Below the pieces are notes generated by a model. The model was not told the DNA's origin. It made no database searches and was given only the letters and a program-made list of their open reading frames with translations. 64,000 bases of DNA, taken from Tubiluchus corallicola. Lineage: Eukaryota; Animalia; Priapulida. A program made the position numbers and the translations under genes. Where the stretch lies: the NCBI GenBank assembly GCA_030141605.1, contig JAQGDQ010000231.1, forward strand, positions 62,001-126,000, written 5' to 3'. Positions within the stretch are counted from its first letter, which is position 1; each line of letters starts with the position of its first letter. Shown here piece after piece: positions 55,366-64,000 of the stretch.

Positions 55366-55369
<4 letters not shown>

Positions 55370-56799
55370 GATCATCAATACACTAGTTGTAAATAACATT
55401 TTTGCAAGATGTTAGTGCTTTAGAACCGTAATTACCAATGAACTTATGTAAGTTAGGCCAGCAGTTTTTTTAGGGAAGGGAGAAGGGGGAATTTAAAGCA
55501 TATATCTCAAAAACAAACATTACAAAGTTGAAAGACTTATGTGATTGGAAAAGAAAATTCTTAATAAATTTTATAAAGTGTTCAAGCCAACTGGTGAAAC
55601 GGCACCATATCACCATTCCAGTGTGCAACACTGGCTCACAAAAACTGCATTAACAATAATTTTATTGACAATACAAAGTAATTTTATACTTTTGCGTGGT
55701 TAAGAAAGAGTGTACTATGAATGCTCTGATTACTTTTCGCAATGCGATGTTATTTAAATAATCGCCATAATTTACAATTACCATAATTGCTTGCCATCAA
55801 TTTATTTTCGATCTATTTTCCTTTTCTATTCTTTATTTTGTTCTAATAATATTTGCTCGCCATGTTGAAATTAGTAGACTCACTATTTAGGGATGGCAGA
55901 CAAGATTTGGTCTTTCGCTATTCCGTTCTTTTCTAAACTTTGTAACTCATTGTCATATACTATCTATGACTATTATTTTGAAGCCAAATAAATCGTTATT
56001 TTATAAAAATTAAAATGGCTGCGCCTAACGAGCATCGTAGGAGCTTAAATTTACAAGTTTTATGCAATGTTACTGCAAATGCAAGCTCTGCACACAAAAA
56101 GACAGCATGTAGATGATACAAAATTTAAAAGCGAAATTTTGAAGGTTTATTTATTTATTAACTGAGATAAAACATCTGTGTGACGACGAAGTTTTGCGTT
56201 GTGGTATGCCATAAGGCGGTGCGTCCCTTCAACCATCGTTCGATAAGAAAGAAAATGTCTGCGTTCGTGTAGTCGTGCTAATTTGTGGTAAAAAGTCGTA
56301 ACTGTAATAATTGTAAGAGCCGTAGTGGGATTCGGGCGTGTATTCATTAATAAAGTCTAACATATTGGCTTTCCCGAGGTAAATTGCGTAGCATGTAACC
56401 AACTGCTTAGCATGTTCTAACTCATTTGCACTTGTAGTGTCTGTGGTGTAGGTGAGTCAAACATGAATGACGTATTCAAGAGAGTGACGAATCAACACGT
56501 ACTTATTTCCCTGTATTGAATCTTGGACCGTACTCCAGTCACATATCGATGAAGCGCTTTTAGGTTATTTGACTTTTTCCTAGTTAAAAATTATGGAAAC
56601 GGTAATCTCTAATACTATATAGTAATACTATAGTAATACGATTAGAGGTAGTATGTAACCAACTAAGTTCTCTCGATCACCTCCTGTTCTTCACTTACTT
56701 AACTGCCTTAACGATCTTACCAGGGCGTTTGACAAATGTCATTCATGTGGGACGTAACAACAATCATCATCTGTATTACTTTAACAACTCTCTTAACAG

Positions 56800-57420
56800 C
56801 AGTTGATCAAGAAGTGAAGTTGGGACTCATCACTGATGCTAGTCTCAACTTCCGCAGTTATATTGTTTTACATAGAGAAGAAAGGCGATCAACTTTTCGA
56901 CTCATATCAACCACAAACACCTAAAGGACATCTAGTGTCATACTACCTATATCTGTGTCTATTGTCAGACCTCACTTAAGACTTTCTAACCCAAGTATGG
57001 CATCAATATTTTAAGAAGGACATCAACATCCTAGAAGAAGTGCAAGAGAGAGCAGTCAACATGATCCAAGGGCTAGACAATCTATTGTACACTGAGAGAC
57101 TACAACGTCATGGACTCCATTGACTCTCTCCACATAGACAACACGGTAGACTGATCGAAATATTCAAGATCTTACTTGGACTCACTTACATTACTTATGA
57201 AACTTTTTTGACCTTAAGTCATACTTGCACCAGAGGTTATTCGCTGAAACTATACATTAACACGGACAGAGCTAGCATCAAGAGCTACAAGCACAGCTTT
57301 TCAAATGCTGAAATAGATCTATGGAATTCCCTACCGGAAGAAGTTATAGGACTATAAATGATCTACCCCTTCAAAAATGCACTGGACAAATATTCATGTA
57401 CTAGATGTCTCCTATATTAA
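56800..57420 (+). mobile_element. Decayed CR1-like LINE 3' fragment
   Basis: Frameshifted remnants SIVRPHL, KKDINILEEVQERA, LIEIFKI, TRGYSLKL, WNSLPEEV and FKNALDK. Confidence 0.75.
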
Positions 57421-59554
57421 CACCTTTGAAGTATCATTGCCGGCTGAGCATGTTTTTGTAAATATCTTTCCTTGAAGGGTACGGTGAATCCTCTACTATT
57501 TATTTGCAGATAACCGTTTTGTTACACGACTAAACTTATACCGTGCTTCCCGTTTCTTTCCAAGCTTTTTCAAAATAAATTCAAAATATTTTCCACCACA
57601 ATATTTTCATTAATGTGGTTGCAGCCAAAGTGTTGAAAAACACAGATCAATTTGACTTCATCTGCAAAAGTGTTTGTTTACTGTTTATTAGGGCTTGGTC
57701 GATATAGGGTCTTACAGTGATCATGTACCGGTTCATGCCAGTTCTCGGGTGCTTGTACCGCAATCTTTCTTCTGTGTTCAAATTACTGGAATCAGGGATG
57801 TCATAAATTACATCACTACTGTTACTGTCGAAGAGAGTGGTTTAGCATAATAAGTTATAAACCTCCCCAACCTTCCTTCATGTGTAAAGTTATTTAATGT
57901 AAAAACATGCAGCTTATTCCATTCATCAATTACTCGCATTGTAAATGCTTTTCATTTACTGTTTTACCTATTCAGAAGATCTCTCTTTTTAATTTTATAG
58001 GAATGTCCTTTAATATCAAGGTGTATTTGTTGATAGAAAATTTCTTGTACACAAAGGTTTCTAAGCCTTTAGGAATTCGGAATGTTTAAGTGAGGTCATG
58101 TACATCTATAATTCAGGGTTGTAAGGCCCAGCCTGTTGCTAATGATGAAGATTCCAAGAAAATTAATTATACATCGTAAGTTCTCCACTTAGCGATGGTA
58201 GCGTGTTACAGCAAAACACATCATTAAGGGAAATGTCCTAATATGAAACAATGCCTTCCACATAAAACAGTATAAAAGCATCCAGTTGCATTCCTCACAC
58301 AAAGATCAATAACACTTGGCCTGCCTAAAAGCCTTCACTAAGTTGCACTGCATGACAAAATCAATAATGCCTGTCTATGTAAAGGCCTCATTATTCCTGA
58401 CAGTTTTTAATTAAAGTTAAACAGAACTAAAGTTTACGAGTTGTGAGAATTCCAACTTAAAACATAACCTTTCTTTCTTGCATACATGTTACTTCCTCTA
58501 ATTGCTTCCTTTGTGCCATTTCTTCCTCTTTCTGTCCTTGTTGCAACACTAAAGAATGTCAACATCATGTCTCTCTTTTGAACTTTACTTTGACTCTTTG
58601 TCTGGCTTATTTTCTCAAAAAAAATCCAAGTACAGCATCAATACTGTATTTTCAAAAGCTTCATGCAGATGTTTAAAACTAGCCTTTTTGTTTGACACTC
58701 CTGAAGAATATGTTTCTAGTGTTTTTCTTCCGACGATGTAAATGCAAATGAGGTGAACACAACTCTAGTTAACCTAACAATGTAACAGGAAAGGAATCCC
58801 ATCTGTTCTTGTGAAAGTGCTAGCAATTAGCAAGCCGCCAGCAATGAATCATTGCTGCTTAGGTCTGACAGCTTAGTAGGGCAAATTATTAACATGATAT
58901 CTGTTAGTAAGGCTTCTTCATAAAATGCAACTAGCAAAATTTCAGCACTTAAAGGCCGAAAAGAATCATCATTGAAATGAAACAGGCATCATTAAATGAT
59001 CAAAAGGTGTCAAAATATCTTTGTCTTTAAAACAAATATAATTAAACGACGCGTCAAAAAACGAGGATTTACCGTAAATTGTATTAAGATTGGAGCGAGG
59101 CTGCTACCCTTTGGTATACCTTGTAATTAATACTACATAGTATTTAAGACAAGCTTTTGTAACAAATGGAAGTTAAATAACCAATTGATACAATAAACCA
59201 TTGCTTTTAAAATTTAATTTTTTTAACAATTGTCACTCCAATGCTCGTGCATCGCAACAAAGATTGTGACCATTATTTTAGTTTAGTGTTTGTGACTAAT
59301 CTTGCCATAGTTGGTTGTTCATAGAACTGATTTGAAATATGTGTCTCTGGAAACTGGAATTATTAGCTTTCTTCCCACCATTGCCTCCTAGTGAGTGCGT
59401 TGTCACTTTCCATTGTATAATGTAAAAAGGATTTAAAAAGAATAATCGGAACTTTTTCTATTTCAGGGTTGGTTAAGCATCCCATAAGTGGGCGAATTAA
59501 AATTTGTTAGTTTTCAATAGCTGTGAAGGTCTGTAATGCTGACTCATATTTTTA

Positions 59555-59863
59555 ATGACGGAACCTGTAGACACTTCTACTGTGCCAGCTGGTGAACTTG
59601 TAACTATGAGTATCTTACCACAGCCAGATGTCACATATGCTCCCCAGACGTCATCTCCTACCAGAACTCGAAGAAATCGGGAGAGTCAACCACTTCTGGG
59701 TGCTTTGGAACACGAATTTAGTGTGGCAGAGAACATTTTCCCCGACGATCCGGACTTTACAGCAATGGTACACGATTGCGAGCAGGCCATTGATGAAGGC
59801 GTTTATCCAGAAAGAATTTATCAGGGCTCAAGTGGAAGTTATTTCGTGAAAAATCCACACAAT
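59555..59863 (+). CDS. PI4K2: Phosphatidylinositol 4-kinase type II, first coding exon (rest of gene not seen in the window)
   Basis: ESQPLL dileucine sorting motif; FPDDPDF...AIDEGVYPERIYQGSSGSYFVKN; donor AAT|GTAAGT at 59863/59864; acceptor TTTCAG ends at 59466. Confidence 0.92.
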
Positions 59864-60786
59864 GTAAGTGTTTTCCTTTTTAGTTTATTAACATATGGCC
59901 CATTTAAACAATCATACAACCCTGATGATTTATCGTGAAAGTGAGTGACGCTGTCTCAGTAGTTTGGACACGTGCTTTAATAGCTGCTTTGCTTGATACT
60001 GATGAAATCCAACTGCATAGTTTTTGAGTGACACGATGAAATTTAGAGGTCTGTCAACCTAACAGAGGTCTGAAATTTTTGAATATGATCACTGCTTTTG
60101 TTACCGAACTTTGTTTTCCTTCCCGAAAGCCCAATAGTCCAGACGCACGATCCGGGATGCATAGTGTGCAAGGATCACTTTGAGTGTCACTTAGTCACAA
60201 TGGGAACCAATTTAGTATAAACAGGGTTTAAATTACCATAAAAATGGCACCTAGTGTCCTTTAATAAGTACTCGGCATAATAAAGTAAAGTGCTAGGCCA
60301 TGTGCTGTTCCATTAATCATCCTGGCTGTCTGCTCCAAATAATGACAGTGTGGGCAACTGTGCATTGCACATATATGGTTATAGTTCAGCCAGCAGCACC
60401 CATACCAAGGCTCCTCATAAAAGTATGACATGAATCACATAATTAATGTTTAATCAAATACACCGGGTCAATTGATAGGCTGTACAAGTTATTCTATTAA
60501 ATGTATATTTGTAACTATATTATTGTACATTAGAAGTTGTAGCTTTGCGTTGAAACATTTAACAACATCAGAACAAGGGATTAATTAAGGTGAGGTGAAA
60601 TTGCTACATTTAACCCATCTGAGTCAATCAGATGCACTTTGTCATGCAGCTCACTGAATGCTAGTAATGCAGCCCGGATGAAAGAAATGTAGGCCTGCAC
60701 AAAATTAGGGTCTACATTACTTTTGCAAACTGAATACAACTCATTCCCATTGTCCACTCTAGTGAAAGTTCAGGAGCTTTCTTAGT

Positions 60787-60858
60787 TATTACTGCAAACC
60801 AGCACACTCGTATTACTGCAAACCAGCACATGCATATTGCAGTAAACCAACACACGTG
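60787..60858. repeat. 24-nt minisatellite, about 3 copies
   Basis: TATTACTGCAAACCAGCACACTCG-like units. Confidence 0.8.
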
Positions 60859-61849
60859 CACATGTGTATTATTGCATTGTTGACTCATTCCTATCCTAGC
60901 AAAATGTGCGTTATTGACCATTACATTTCAAATACTCTGCAAGGAACTCTTACTAAAAATAAAACAATTTCGTTAATGATGTGTGCCCTGCAGTGATGTT
61001 AAGCAATGCAGAACATACTTAATAAATGGACGGATGATCACCCGGAAAACCGTTTTTGTCTCCTGCCCACCTTTTGCAGTTAGAAGAGGTTCTAGAAGAG
61101 GGTGTACATTACTGCTAAGCTACTGTTAGGGTGTCTAGCTAAGTGCACAGATGAATGTGGCAAAGGCGTCTTTGTCAGTCCAAAGTCTCATCTCAAAGGG
61201 TGATCTTTGATGTCTGATGAGCTAGCTTAGAAGTGGCCACCACACCCATCTACATTGCAGGGTGCTGAACTGTACAAAACTTTTCTGGAATGCAAAGCAT
61301 TTTGTTACTTGCTTATTGAGTTTTTCTTGCCCAACTGCTGTGATATGTCAGTTAGAACACCATTCATCATTGTCTTTGATTCTGTTTTATCATTACTGTG
61401 CCATTCATTGTGCCATTTAGTCATTGTAATAGTATCTGTCTTGTCCTAAACATGCCATTAAAACACCGTTTGCCAATGTTGTGAATCCATTCTTTGTAAA
61501 AATTTAGAATACCTGGCAACTCAGTTGTGACATCACAATATCAAAAACGGATAAAAACGTATTACCAGAAAAAAAACCAACCAGAACAAAAAGAAAACTA
61601 CAGGAATGAAGACCATGGCAGCATCATGGCAAAATAACAAAACTCTTTATACAGTTAACTGTGCCAACAAGTAACCCAAAATCTTGCATACTGTACCTAG
61701 TTTCATACATTGTAGAAGAAAAGGTTCTATAAAACAATAATTTCTTGCAGATTGAATAGTCATTATAGAACTCAAAAGGCATATTGCTTTTGCTATTCAG
61801 CTAGTAACAATTAGCAAGATATCAGTAATTATACCATCGTTCAAAAATT

Positions 61850-62003
61850 ATTAATTAATAATGACTGTGATTGCCAGAATATTTATAAACCATTGCGGTT
61901 TATCTTACCGATTATTACTCATTATCCACAATAAGTAATAATTTGTAAAATAAACCACAATGGTTTATAAAAATTCTGACAATCACAGTCATTATTAATT
62001 AAT
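61850..62003. repeat. 154-bp near-perfect palindrome (foldback MITE-like)
   Basis: ATTAATTAATAATGACTGTGATTG...TTTATAAACCATTG pairs with CAATGGTTTATAAA...CAATCACAGTCATTATTAATTAAT. Confidence 0.9.
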
Positions 62004-63831
62004 GATATCATTAGTTGCTAGCTAATTTGGGAAAGTATTATACAAAAATTGTTGATAAATTTCACACAATGATGTGTCGGTCAGCTAATGATGTCTGCAA
62101 TACTTACGTAGCTTATTGAGAATTGAGAGATAGAGCTCATATTTTGTTTTTGAACAGATGTACATATCAACAGTATATAAACTTGATGACTTAGCAATAT
62201 AAGAAATCCTTGATAGATGCTACTAAGTTACTAACCTGATCACATGCACCTAATCTGAACATGGATCTGGTGCTCATGGTTTTCCCTTGTATTTTTGCAT
62301 AATCTGTAATTATTATATTTTATACTGTTGCTGAGTTAGTAAGTATTTCATCATTTCACAAGTTATGTTAAAATATGGAACATTACAAGTAGTAGCAATA
62401 GCTAGCACTAAAATCAGAGGGGTAGACCTGGTATCACTTGAAGTATCACCTTGAATCACTTGCGCATAGCAATACCATAATGTACCATGGGCTTTTCCTT
62501 ATATTGAAGGGTTAAGCTTGGAAATTAGCCTCTCCCATGAATAGCTATAACAGTGTTAGTAAAAAGATCAGTCTCCAATGTGGTAGAACTTACAAATTTG
62601 TAAGTAACTTGTTACTATCAAATCCTAGTGTTACTATTGTACTTTTGATTATTTATTTATAATGCTCTTTGGCCACACTTGTCATTATATTGGCAGAGAG
62701 CAATCTAAAATGCTCAAAAGTATAATAGTAACATTCTACTTAAGTTACGTTCAGGTTGGCTAGATTTTTGACAGGTATGTGGATAATGCTTAGTAGCCTA
62801 GATGCAGTGCGCCAAGTTACCAACCAGGCAGTGTTTGCTGCCAATGGGCTGATTGCAGGCTGTCACAGATGTGTCCTACTTCCTAGCCTCCCTGACCGTT
62901 CCCGCGATTTATCATGGCATTTTGGTGTACTGTGTGCAACACGTGCAACGTGAATGGAAAATTGGCTGTTGTGTTTATTGAAATGTTTATAAATTTTTCT
63001 TCGTAATTATTTTTCGGGGCAGCGTTACAGTTATGGTGTTAAGTAATATTTGACTTTTGTGAAACTTGTGACAATTTTGTGAATGTATGTACGAACTGTG
63101 GTATCGTCCCTCATGGTAACGCGCTTTTATGTCAAATTTCTTTAGAGATGATCTCACTCATTTAGCCATGATTCACATGTGTGTTGAATAGATTAGCAAT
63201 TTTATTAACGAATCCAGACATTTGATAAACTTAACACTGGTAGACTGTGTGACTATTAAAATTGCTTTGCTTCTTCTGGCGACTTCTTAAAATTTGAATT
63301 AAAGCCACCAAAGTATAGTGTATTATAGCCGCATCATTGGGATTTGGTCCATTTAGATGAAATCTACAGGACAGTTGTCGTAATATTTCACTTTGTGAGC
63401 TCAGAGCATTCAGTCAGTTTTTGCTACATTTATAATGACTTTTTGAAATATGCAGCTTTAGTTCTCTAATTGGCACTAGAGAATTTGCTGCTAGGAGCTT
63501 TTTCTATATTCTAGGTTTTTGGTACACATTTTGTATGTGGCATAAATTATATGTATCAACTCTGTTATGTATTGGAGATCTATATTGCTTATGCATATTA
63601 GATTTTATAATTATTGCATTTCTTAGCAACTAAACACTGACTGTTCAGTTTTGAGAGCTTATTTGTAGTGGGTAAATGAACTTTGGAGCTCACTAGTTAT
63701 AATGTTTGCATCTAGGTCACTTGACTGCATCATTTTGTCAATGTTTGCACTAAGCTAAATACTAGGTCATTCTTCTAGTAAAGAAAGAATCATCTTAAAA
63801 TAAAGCATCAGACAACTGAAGTTTTGATATA

Positions 63832-64000
63832 CCGTATTTTCCCATGTATAAGAGACCCTTTTTTGCTCAGAATTTTCACTTTAAAAATAGGGGGTCTCTT
63901 ATACATGGGAGTAAGCCAACCCTAGGAGAAGTCTGCAGCTGGGTCCTCAAGGCATGGAATGGTGTAAAGCCAGAGGTCATTATTAAATCTTTCAAGAAGT
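63832..64000. mobile_element. Left end of a pogo/Tc1-type element, truncated by the window edge
   Basis: TA followed by CCGTATTTT terminus; perfect 19-bp subterminal inverted repeat at 63840-63858 and 63892-63910. Confidence 0.6.

Overview
AT-rich metazoan (invertebrate-like) genomic DNA with spliceosomal introns. Host genes: a minus-strand WSC-domain sulfotransferase (WSCD1/2-like; 6 exons traced, first exon not found), a CCDC9-like gene and TAF10 (each with an uninterrupted CDS), a 19-exon sarcosine dehydrogenase (SARDH, ~901 aa), and the first coding exon of a type II PI 4-kinase. The standout is a young Ty3/Gypsy LTR retrotransposon in the last SARDH intron (48424-54025). It has 334-bp LTRs with one mismatch, a 5-bp TSD, non-canonical TA...TA termini and no tRNA primer site. 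Its PBS is instead complementary to the element's own predicted transcript 5' end, the geometry of Tf1-type self-priming. Second is a TSD-flanked SINE with a near-complete 5S rRNA head and an apparently RTE-derived body and tail (774-1307). Also present: a Tc1/mariner relic with a nested SINE, several MITEs and foldbacks, CR1-like fragments and simple repeats. All alignments were done by eye, and family assignments come from recalled motifs rather than searches.
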